From contig JANNNE010000075.1 of assembly GCA_031398385.1 (NCBI GenBank), positions 13,094 through 77,093 on the forward strand: a stretch of 64,000 nt of DNA. Reading direction: 5' to 3'. The position numbers were made by a program, and so were the translations under genes. Numbering within the stretch: the first letter of the stretch is position 1; each line of letters starts with the position of its first letter. Below the pieces are notes generated by a model. It was not told where the DNA came from and ran no database searches. It saw only the letters and a program-made list of their open reading frames with translations. Below, piece after piece: positions 56,818-64,000 of the stretch. Origin of the DNA: Ideonella sp. Its GTDB lineage: Bacteria > Pseudomonadota > Gammaproteobacteria > Burkholderiales > Burkholderiaceae_C.

Positions 56818-58698
56818 TCAAGCCATCAACAAGGCATTCACGCGCTTGACGTAAGCCGCGGGATCTTCGAGCTGACCGCCTTCCGCGAGCAGGGCCTGGT
56901 CGAACAGGATGTTGGCGAGGTCATCGAAATGCTCGCTTCCCTCCAGCCGCTTGACGAGCGCGTGTTCGGCGTTGACCTCCAGGATCGGCTGCGATTTCGG
57001 CGCCGACTGGCCGGCCTGCTTCAACATGCGCGCCAGGTGCCCGCTCATGTCGCCTTCCTCGACCACCAGGCAGGCTGGAGAATCGACCAGCCGAGTCGTC
57101 ACGCGAACGTCTTTCGCGCGATCCTTCAACGCCTCTTTCAGGCGGTCGAGCATCGGCTTGAACGCGCTGGCGGCCTCTTCAGCCTGCTTCTTCTCGTCCT
57201 CGTCCTGCAGCTTGCCCAGATCGACCGCACCTTTGGCGACGCTTTGCAGCGGCTTGCCGTCGAATTCGTACAGGTGGCTCAGCATCCACTCGTCGACCCG
57301 GTCGATCAACAGCAGCACCTCGATGCCCTTCTTGCGGAAGATCTCGATCTGCGGGCTGTTTCTCGCCGCTGCAAGGCTGTCCGCGGTGACGACATAGATC
57401 GCCTCCTGGCCTTCCTTCATGCGCTTGACGTAGTCGGCCAGCGAGACACCGTCGTCGGCCTGTGTCGACGCGAAGCGGAACAGCTTGACCAGGCGCTCCT
57501 GGTTGGTGAAATCCTCGCCGACGCCTTCTTTCAGCACGCTGCCGAAATCCTTCCAGAATGCGGCGTATTTCGCGCGTTCGGCTTCGTCTTCGCTGTCGGC
57601 CAGCGACTCCAGCATGCCGAGCACGCGTTTGGTCGAGCCCTCGCGGATCGCCTTCACGTCCCGGCTTTCCTGCAGCAGTTCGCGGCTGACGTTGAGCGGC
57701 AGATCGGCACTGTCGATCACGCCCTTGACGAAGCGCAGATACACCGGCATCAGCGCCTCGGCGTCGTCCATGATGAAGACGCGCTTGACGTACAGCTTGA
57801 CGCCGCCGCGCTTGTCGCGGTTCCACAGGTCGAACGGCGCCTTCGACGGGATGTACAGCAGCTGCGTGTATTCGGTGCGGCCTTCGACCCGGTTATGGGT
57901 ATACGCCAGCGGCGCTTCGGTGTCGTAGCTCAGCTGCTTGTAGAACTCGTCGTATTGCTCGGACGTGATGTCGCTCTTGCTGCGCGACCACAACGCGGCA
58001 GCCTTGTTGATCGGCGCCCATTCGTCGCGCGTAACCTGCTTCTTCTCCTCGGCGTCCCACTCCTCCTTCTGCATCAGGATCGGCAGCGAGATGTGGTCGG
58101 AATATTTGCCGATCACCGACTTGAGCTTCCAGTGGCTCAGATACTCTTCTTCTCCGTCACGCAGGTGCAGCGTGACACTGGTGCCACGCGCCTCGCGCGT
58201 GATCGGCTCGATTTCAAACTCGCCGGTACCCTCGGAGCTCCAGCGCATGCCCTGACCCTTGGGCAGGCCGGCGCGCCGAGATTCGACCGAGATCTTGTCG
58301 GCGACGATGAAACCGCTGTAGAAGCCGACACCGAACTGACCAATCAGCTGGGCATCCTTCTTCTGGTCGCCTTCGAGCGCGGCCATGAATTCACGCGTGC
58401 CGCTCTTGGCAATCGTGCCCAGATTGGCCACCGCTTCTTCGGCCGACAGGCCGATGCCGTTGTCGGTGATGGTGATGGTCTTGGCGTCAGCATCGAAACT
58501 GACTCGCACTTCCAGGTTCGGCGAATCCTCGAACAGCGCGGAATCGTTCAAGGCCTCGAAGCGCAGCTTGTCGCAGGCGTCCGAAGCGTTGGAGATCAGT
58601 TCACGCAGAAAAATCTCCTTGTTCGAATACAAGGAATGGGTGACGAGATGCAGGATCTGCTTGACTTCGGCCTGGAATGAAAGTGTTTGCTTTTCCAT
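56818..58698 (-). CDS. htpG: Molecular chaperone HtpG (Hsp90)
   Basis: [59 protein letters not shown]. Start ATG 58698. Confidence 0.97.
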   Translation of the reverse strand: MEKQTLSFQAEVKQILHLVTHSLYSNKEIFLRELISNASDACDKLRFEALNDSALFEDSPNLEVRVSFDADAKTITITDNGIGLSAEEAVANLGTIAKSGTREFMAALEGDQKKDAQLIGQFGVGFYSGFIVADKISVESRRAGLPKGQGMRWSSEGTGEFEIEPITREARGTSVTLHLRDGEEEYLSHWKLKSVIGKYSDHISLPILMQKEEWDAEEKKQVTRDEWAPINKAAALWSRSKSDITSEQYDEFYKQLSYDTEAPLAYTHNRVEGRTEYTQLLYIPSKAPFDLWNRDKRGGVKLYVKRVFIMDDAEALMPVYLRFVKGVIDSADLPLNVSRELLQESRDVKAIREGSTKRVLGMLESLADSEDEAERAKYAAFWKDFGSVLKEGVGEDFTNQERLVKLFRFASTQADDGVSLADYVKRMKEGQEAIYVVTADSLAAARNSPQIEIFRKKGIEVLLLIDRVDEWMLSHLYEFDGKPLQSVAKGAVDLGKLQDEDEKKQAEEAASAFKPMLDRLKEALKDRAKDVRVTTRLVDSPACLVVEEGDMSGHLARMLKQAGQSAPKSQPILEVNAEHALVKRLEGSEHFDDLANILFDQALLAEGGQLEDPAAYVKRVNALLMA

Positions 58699-58765
58699 GG
58701 TGTTTCGGAGTGATCGGGAGAAGGGGTGCCAAGGCGGCAACCTCGAATTGTCTTCGCAGGCGTGG

Positions 58766-58793
58766 ACATGCGGTCGAAGCGACCGTTTTCAAG
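58766..58793 (-). promoter_or_regulatory. RpoH (sigma32) promoter of htpG
   Basis: Minus strand CTTGAAA-N13-CCGCATGT matches the CTTGAAA-N13/14-CCCCATNT consensus. Confidence 0.8.
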
Positions 58794-58817
58794 GCCTGAC
58801 AAGCCGAAGCCGCGGCG

Positions 58818-58893
58818 CCGGGAAGTTCGCAATGTGCAACTTCCCGGGCCCGCCCTTCACTCCGGATGGCTCGCCGCCAGTGGATGGCGGCGA
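58818..58893. other. Two strong hairpins downstream of the Gly-rich protein gene
   Basis: CCGGGAAGTT/AACTTCCCGG (10 bp) and TCGCCGCCA/TGGCGGCGA (9 bp). No U tract. Confidence 0.55.
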
Positions 58894-58908
58894 ATCATCG
58901 ATCAGCCA

Positions 58909-59499
58909 TCAGCGGCCGGCCGAACCCTGCACCGAGACACCGCCTTGAGCCGATGCGCCCCCGTTGCTCACGCTGCCGCTGCCTTGTGCGCCCGCGCCAG
59001 CTTCGGCGTTGTTGCCACGGGCCGCGGCGCCGGCTGCGCCTTCGGTCGTCACCTGGCCTTGTGCCGGGCTGGGCCGACCAACCGTCGACGGCATGCTGCG
59101 CACGCCGGTCGAATCGACCGCACCGTTGACCCCACCTTGCGTGGCCGCTGCGGCACCACCGGTCTGATCGATCAGGCGACCCCGCTCGCGGCCGCGTTCG
59201 ATCGCACTGCCGGCCTGACCGCTGGCGCTGCCGGCGGCATCGACGCCGCGCTGGATGCGGCTGCCGCCGATCGCACCACCGGCCATGCCGGCTGCGCCGC
59301 CGCTGAGGGCGCCGCCAGCCATGCCACCGCTCATCGGGCTGCCAAGGGCGCCACCGACGGCTCCCCCCAACCCGCCGGTGGCACCACCGCCGAGCAGTGC
59401 TGCCTGGGCCGGTAAGGCAATGAAGCAAGCCGTTGCCACTGCGGCGGCAATTGCGGGGCTGGAGAACACGCGAGCGGTCAAATTTCGAATGGTCAACAT
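58909..59499 (-). CDS. Secreted Gly/Ala/Ser-rich low-complexity protein
   Basis: AAGGAA RBS, Sec-type signal peptide ending LPAQA|A, GGxxGG repeats, C-terminal GSGSVSNGGASAQGGVSVQG. Confidence 0.8.
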   Translation of the reverse strand: MLTIRNLTARVFSSPAIAAAVATACFIALPAQAALLGGGATGGLGGAVGGALGSPMSGGMAGGALSGGAAGMAGGAIGGSRIQRGVDAAGSASGQAGSAIERGRERGRLIDQTGGAAAATQGGVNGAVDSTGVRSMPSTVGRPSPAQGQVTTEGAAGAAARGNNAEAGAGAQGSGSVSNGGASAQGGVSVQGSAGR

Positions 59500-59552
59500 G
59501 ATGGTTCCTTGGTGTGGTTGATGGGCCCGGCACATCCGGGCCACTCAACTCG

Positions 59553-59580
59553 ACAACGAAACCCCGCGACGATCCCTTCC
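59553..59580 (-). promoter_or_regulatory. Putative ECF-sigma promoter of the Gly-rich protein gene
   Basis: Minus strand GGAAG-N17-CGTTGT, same elements and spacing as the motif upstream of the ECF sigma gene. Confidence 0.7.
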
Positions 59581-59613
59581 GCCCACTTACACCTGGTTGC
59601 CATCTCGTTCGGA

Positions 59614-60996
59614 TCAGGGCGCGCGTCGCGCCAACGCCTGCAACGGCCGAGGCTCGACGCGCCAGCGTTCGCCGAGTAGACCAAAGCCATAGACCGCGTC
59701 GCGCCCCGATGCGCCGAGATCAATCGCCTGCTGCTGCAACAGCCGCAAGGCTTCGCGCGCAGTCACACGATCAGCGACCGGCAAGGCCATCGACAGCAGC
59801 CCGGCCACGAACGGGGCTGCAAAAGAGGTGCCGCGCGCCGATACATATCGGGTGGCAGCCAAGTCGGCGACCGCCAGATCGGCACCCGGCGCCGCGAACA
59901 CCACCTGAGCGCCCTGCGCAGCTTCCGGCAATACGCGGCGGTCCGGGCTGACGCCGGTGACACCGACCACATCCGGGTAGGCCGCGGGATACAAGGCCGG
60001 TGCACTCGGCCCGTCGTTGCCGACCGCAGCAACGATCAGATGGCCCCGATCGACCAAGGCCGCGACGCTTCTCTCGAGCAACTTGTTCGGCGGGCCGACC
60101 AGACTGACATTGACCACCGCCACGCCTTCGCTGGCCATCCAGGCCAGTGCGCGCACCACCACTTCGACCGATCCCCCACCTGGCCGGCCGCAATAGACAT
60201 CCGCCGAATACAACGTGGCGGCAGGTGCAACGCCGGCAAACCCGGATGCGCGGCCGACCAGCAGCGATGCCACCGCCGTACCGTGCGGGTTCGGCACCGG
60301 GTTGCCGTCGCAGCCCCAGAGTCGACGGTCGACGCCTTGAAATGCCGGATGCTGCAGATCGACCCCGCCATCGATCAGCCCGACCCGACCACCCGCGCGC
60401 TTGCCGCTGACGACGCCGTTGCTGTTGCTGCTGTTGACCGTACGCGCCGCGGGCAATGACCCGGCAGCAGCCGCGTCAACGACACCACTGCGGGTATAGA
60501 CATGGTTGAAATCGGCGTCGAGCGTCCGGTCGATGGCGCGCAGGCGGGCCAGAGCGTCGATGGTCGCGATCCCGGGTGGCGCCTGCATGACCACCGTCGG
60601 CAAATCCAGCGGGTCCAGGGCGCTGCGGCGCAACAGCCGGAAACCCTGTACCTGTGCGGCATCCAGCACCGCTGCAGACGGCGAGATCAGCAGCAGTTCG
60701 CCTCGCAACATCGGCTCCCCGGCAGGGTCGACCTCGATCGCCTCGCCGTGCAGGCGCAGCAACTGGTCGATCGTCTGGCGGCGGATCTCGTGCAGAGGCA
60801 ACACGCCGGCGATCGGCTCGACCACGCGGCGAACGCGCCCCGAGGCATCGATCCGATCCCTGACGATTGCGCCGGGATCCAGCCGGCCGATGCCTGGCAG
60901 GCCCCCGATCGCGCCAACGCCAGGCACGCGCAATTGCGCCTGTGCCGGCCGGACCGTCACCACGACAGCGAACAACAACAGGGGCAGCAGGCGCAT
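59614..60996 (-). CDS. Secreted S8 (subtilisin-like) serine peptidase
   Basis: Signal peptide ending PAQA|Q; catalytic motifs GLIDGG (Asp), PHGTAVAS (His), AAVGNDG (oxyanion Asn), GTSFAAP (Ser). Confidence 0.92.
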   Translation of the reverse strand: MRLLPLLLFAVVVTVRPAQAQLRVPGVGAIGGLPGIGRLDPGAIVRDRIDASGRVRRVVEPIAGVLPLHEIRRQTIDQLLRLHGEAIEVDPAGEPMLRGELLLISPSAAVLDAAQVQGFRLLRRSALDPLDLPTVVMQAPPGIATIDALARLRAIDRTLDADFNHVYTRSGVVDAAAAGSLPAARTVNSSNSNGVVSGKRAGGRVGLIDGGVDLQHPAFQGVDRRLWGCDGNPVPNPHGTAVASLLVGRASGFAGVAPAATLYSADVYCGRPGGGSVEVVVRALAWMASEGVAVVNVSLVGPPNKLLERSVAALVDRGHLIVAAVGNDGPSAPALYPAAYPDVVGVTGVSPDRRVLPEAAQGAQVVFAAPGADLAVADLAATRYVSARGTSFAAPFVAGLLSMALPVADRVTAREALRLLQQQAIDLGASGRDAVYGFGLLGERWRVEPRPLQALARRAP

Positions 60997-61086
60997 GCGG
61001 TGGGCTTTACAAGGACAACAGATGAACCGCCGATCGACCTTGATCGGACGGAATCGACACGGTCAGGAGCATAACGATCGAGGGCT

Positions 61087-61114
61087 GGAAGAAAATCCCG
61101 CCGGCAAACGTTGT
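61087..61114 (+). promoter_or_regulatory. Putative autoregulatory ECF-sigma promoter
   Basis: GGAAG-N17-CGTTGT ending 12 nt before the sigma ATG at 61127. Confidence 0.7.
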
Positions 61115-61126
61115 ACCCCATATGAC

Positions 61127-61633
61127 ATGACCATCGACCCCTCCGAACCACTGCGGCGCGACCTGGTTGCCCTGCTGCCGCGATTGCGCCGCTTCGGCCG
61201 CAGTCTGACCGGTCATCGGGAGGATGCCGACGACCTGGTGCAGCGGGCGATCGAGCGTGCATTGATCAAATCCGCACAGTGGCAGCCGGGAACACGACTG
61301 GACAGCTGGATGTTTCGAATCATGCAAAACGGCTGGATCGACGAAGTGCGAGCGCGCAGACGCCATGCACAGACCTTTCTTCCGGAAGAGGCCGGAGAAC
61401 ATGTCGGCGCATTCGACAGCGGCTCGCATGACGATGCGATCGCGGTGCAGCAGGCGATGCGGCAGCTGAGCGATGAGCATCGTGCCGTGGTGGCCCTGGT
61501 ACTGGTAGAAGGGCTGCCATACAAGGAGGCGGCGCAGGTGCTCGAGATCCCGATCGGCACCCTGACCAGCCGGCTCGCACGCGCCCGCGACCAGCTGCAA
61601 CGCCTGCTCGGCGCCAGAAAGGACACTCAATGA
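61127..61633 (+). CDS. ECF RNA polymerase sigma factor
   Basis: LLPRLRRFGRSLTG..EDADDLVQ (region 2), SWMFRIMQN, EGLPYKEAAQVLEIPIGTLTSRLARAR (region 4). Start refined to ATG 61127. Confidence 0.93.
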   Translation: MTIDPSEPLRRDLVALLPRLRRFGRSLTGHREDADDLVQRAIERALIKSAQWQPGTRLDSWMFRIMQNGWIDEVRARRRHAQTFLPEEAGEHVGAFDSGSHDDAIAVQQAMRQLSDEHRAVVALVLVEGLPYKEAAQVLEIPIGTLTSRLARARDQLQRLLGARKDTQ

Positions 61634-62388
61634 CCCCCGTCGACCCGCAATTGCTGGCTGCCTTTGCAGACGGCGAACTGGACGCCGCAACGGCTGATGC
61701 CTTGCGCGCCGCCATCGTGGCCGACCCGATGCTTGCGGCACAGGTGAATCAGCATCGGCAGCTGCGCGAGCGGGTCCAGACTGCCAGCCGAGGGGTTCTC
61801 GACGAGCCGGTACCGGCGCGCCTGCTGCAGGCGCTCGGCGCCCGACCGGTGGCTGCGACACCGATCAACATCGACGGCGCGCGCACGCGTCGGTCGACGC
61901 GCCAGGCTGCGCCAGACCGCCCATCGGCTTCGACCTGGGCCCGTTGGGGGGGCATGGCTGCCAGCCTGGTGGTGGGCTTGTCGATCGGCCTGATGTTGTC
62001 GTTTGACCAGGAGGCCTCGCCGTTCGAGACCTCGGAGATGGGGCTGCTCGCGCGTGGCGCTGTGGCAGACGCCTTGTCGAATCAACTGTCGAGCGAACCG
62101 CTTGAGGATTCGACCGTCAGGCTGCAGATCAGCTTTGTGGATCAGGAAGGCCGCCATTGCCGCAGCTTCACGACGGCGTTGCTGGCCGGACTGGCCTGCC
62201 GCGAAGGCACCAATTGGGCGGTCCAGGCGCTGTTGCGGGCCGAGCAGGCGGGCGATCGGTCAGCGCTGCGTCAGGCCGCCACGCCCTTGCCGGTCGAACT
62301 GCTGGACATCGTCGACCAACGCATGCGTGGCGACGCACTCGACGCCAGTGCCGAACGAGCGGCGCGGCAACGGAACTGGCAACGCTGA
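61630..62388 (+). CDS. Transmembrane anti-sigma factor
   Basis: ATGA overlap with the sigma; LLAAFADGELD anti-sigma N-terminus; TM WGGMAASLVVGLSIGLML; periplasmic domain with HCRSF...LACR. Confidence 0.85.
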   Translation: MTPVDPQLLAAFADGELDAATADALRAAIVADPMLAAQVNQHRQLRERVQTASRGVLDEPVPARLLQALGARPVAATPINIDGARTRRSTRQAAPDRPSASTWARWGGMAASLVVGLSIGLMLSFDQEASPFETSEMGLLARGAVADALSNQLSSEPLEDSTVRLQISFVDQEGRHCRSFTTALLAGLACREGTNWAVQALLRAEQAGDRSALRQAATPLPVELLDIVDQRMRGDALDASAERAARQRNWQR

Positions 62389-62486
62389 TCGTGCCCGTTG
62401 GACCTTCTGGCGCCGCCTCGACGATCGCTGCTGTTGAACACTGCCGATGCCAGCGGCCCGCTGGTGCGCGACGCGCCGCCTCGAGC

Positions 62487-64000
62487 TCAACGTGGGTCCG
62501 ATGATGCCGTGTTGCCCGCCAAACCGCCGACGTACGCCGCCCGCAGCTCGCGTTTCAGAACCTTGCCGATCGCACTGCGTGGCAATTCCGGCAGTTGTTT
62601 CAGCGCGGCCAGACGCTGCGTCTTGCCGACCTGGCGGTTGAACCAGGCGAGCAACTCGGCCTCGCTCTGTGCCGCACCGGGCTTCAATACGACAAAGGCG
62701 ACCGGCGTCTCGCCCCACTGCTCGGACGGCACACCGACCACCGCAACCTCGGCGATCGCCGGATGCGCTCGAAACTGCGCCTCGAGATCACTCGGGTAGA
62801 TGTTGAATCCGCCGGAGATGATCATGTCTTTCTTGCGGTCGAACAGGATCAGGAAGCCGTCTTCATCGAAGCGCCCGATGTCGCCGGTGCGGATGAACCG
62901 CTTGCCGTCCGGCGCGAACCATTCGGCCTCGCGGGTCTTCTCGGGCTGGCCGTGGTAGCCGCTCATCATGCCGCCCGAGTGACCGACGACTTCGCCCGCC
63001 ATCCCCGCCTCGGCCTCGCGGCCCGCGTCGTCGATCAGACGGATATCGTGACCTTCCCCGGGCAGGCCGACCGTATGCAGCTTGTCCGGGTGGCGATGTG
63101 CCTCGAGAATGCAGGTGCCCCCGCCTTCGGTCATGCCGTAGAACTCGATCAGCCCCCCCGGCCAGCGCCGCAGCACATCGGCTTTGAGGGCCGCCCCGAA
63201 CGGTGCGCTGGTACTGAATTTGATCTGGAAGCTGGTCAGGTCGTGCCGATCGAAATCGGGACGGGCCATCAGCCGCTGGTACTGCACCGGAACCAGCATG
63301 GTGTGCGTGACACGCCAATGCTCAGCCAGTTTCAGGTAGCCCGCAGCATCGAATTTCGGCATCAGCACGACGCTGCCGCCAAAAGCCAGCGTCGGAAAAA
63401 ACACCACCAGCGTGGTGTTCGAATAAAGCGGCGTGGCCAGCAATGTGATCGTCTGCGGGCTGTAGGCGTAGTTGCGGGCGCGCCGCACATGCGACCAGCG
63501 CATGCTGTGCGGCTGCACGATGCCCTTGGGCTCGCCAGTCGTGCCGGACGAATAGATGATGTTGAACGGAGCAGCCGCGTCGATCTCGACCCGGTCGGGC
63601 CGGGCGCCTTCGGCTGCCAGCCATTCGCTGTAGCGCGTGGTCTGCACGCTCGCGGTCGTCCGATCGTCCAGGCTGATGAACCGTGGCTCTCGCGTCGATT
63701 TGCCCGTGGTTGCTGCCGCTGCGGCGAATTCGTCCGCGGTGGTGTCGTCGACGAAAACCAGCCGGGCATCGGCATCGGACACCATGCGCGCCAGACTGGT
63801 GGCGGTCGAACCCGGCGCGAGCGGAGCCACCGCGACTCCGGCCCGCAATGCGCCGAGAAACACATTCGCGTAATGGATGGATGACAGTGCGCAGACCGCG
63901 ATGCTGTCACCTGCACGAAGTCCGTCACGCTGCAGCGTCGCTGCGACCCGGTCGATCGCACGGTCGAATTCGGCGTAAGTCTGGCAATTCGAGCCACAAA
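62487..64000 (-). CDS. Class I adenylate-forming enzyme (acyl-CoA synthetase), 5' end beyond the window
   Basis: IIYSSGTTGEPKG, YGMTEGG, IRTGDIG, DRKKDMIISGGFNIYP, PRSAIGKVLK. The frame stays open to the window end (CGSNCQTYAEFDRAIDRVA...). Confidence 0.9.
   Translation of the reverse strand, partial: CGSNCQTYAEFDRAIDRVAATLQRDGLRAGDSIAVCALSSIHYANVFLGALRAGVAVAPLAPGSTATSLARMVSDADARLVFVDDTTADEFAAAAATTGKSTREPRFISLDDRTTASVQTTRYSEWLAAEGARPDRVEIDAAAPFNIIYSSGTTGEPKGIVQPHSMRWSHVRRARNYAYSPQTITLLATPLYSNTTLVVFFPTLAFGGSVVLMPKFDAAGYLKLAEHWRVTHTMLVPVQYQRLMARPDFDRHDLTSFQIKFSTSAPFGAALKADVLRRWPGGLIEFYGMTEGGGTCILEAHRHPDKLHTVGLPGEGHDIRLIDDAGREAEAGMAGEVVGHSGGMMSGYHGQPEKTREAEWFAPDGKRFIRTGDIGRFDEDGFLILFDRKKDMIISGGFNIYPSDLEAQFRAHPAIAEVAVVGVPSEQWGETPVAFVVLKPGAAQSEAELLAWFNRQVGKTQRLAALKQLPELPRSAIGKVLKRELRAAYVGGLAGNTASSDPR

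Noticed and set aside
2806-63884. Long opposite-strand or alternative-frame ORFs (for example 2806-4536, 19576-20838, 23301-25565, 37319-39397, 46750-48627, 56659-58680, 62595-63884)
   Set aside because: They shadow well-supported genes, are Arg/Ala/Gly-rich without family motifs, and are expected in high-GC DNA where antisense stop codons are rare.
1-64000. tRNA, rRNA, riboswitch, IS or prophage elements
   Set aside because: I recognised none by eye in the intergenic regions. A cmscan/tRNAscan run would be needed to exclude divergent riboswitches.

Overview
GC-rich, compositionally uniform chromosomal segment from a Burkholderiales betaproteobacterium. Gene content and order suggest the Rubrivivax/Ideonella/Methylibium group (inference). 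It is almost entirely core or shell genome: pilONM and divergent mrcA; cyaY and lptM-lysA; a Dpp/Opp-type ABC operon; a porin; coq7, OsmC and ilvA; a type II secretion cluster (gspC, gspGHIJKLMNDEF); a stand-alone Lon-like AAA ATPase; pqiA-pqiA-pqiB-pqiC with two uncharacterised membrane proteins upstream; a 5'-nucleotidase; a Crp/Fnr regulator facing an acyl-CoA ligase / Liv-type ABC / PaaK-like operon; a Bug protein; tyrS, M23 peptidase, anmK, erpA, bactofilin; rplM-rpsI; GNAT; srkA; htpG; an ECF sigma/anti-sigma pair with a secreted S8 protease and a Gly-rich secreted protein; and a partial acyl-CoA synthetase. I saw no rRNA, tRNA, CRISPR array, transposase, integrase or prophage gene. The most interesting signals are not in the ORF track. 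(1) The ECF module carries an identically spaced GGAAG-N17-CGTTGT motif upstream of both the sigma gene and the Gly-rich secreted protein gene, which points to a small self-contained regulon. (2) A roughly 95-nt orphan sRNA between OsmC and ilvA has its own promoter, an anti-Shine-Dalgarno CU-rich seed and a strong terminator. (3) A TTGTCG-N6-CGACAA palindrome sits at the class II (-41.5) position of the acyl-CoA ligase/ABC promoter. (4) There is an apparent -1 frame discontinuity at the 5' end of the AAA ATPase. (5) A zinc-ribbon / transmembrane / four-Cys protein may act as a signalling module. Start codons were refined by eye from RBS, overlaps and family N-termini, and all family calls are by motif recognition without database searches. 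I cannot establish that any of these systems is previously undescribed.
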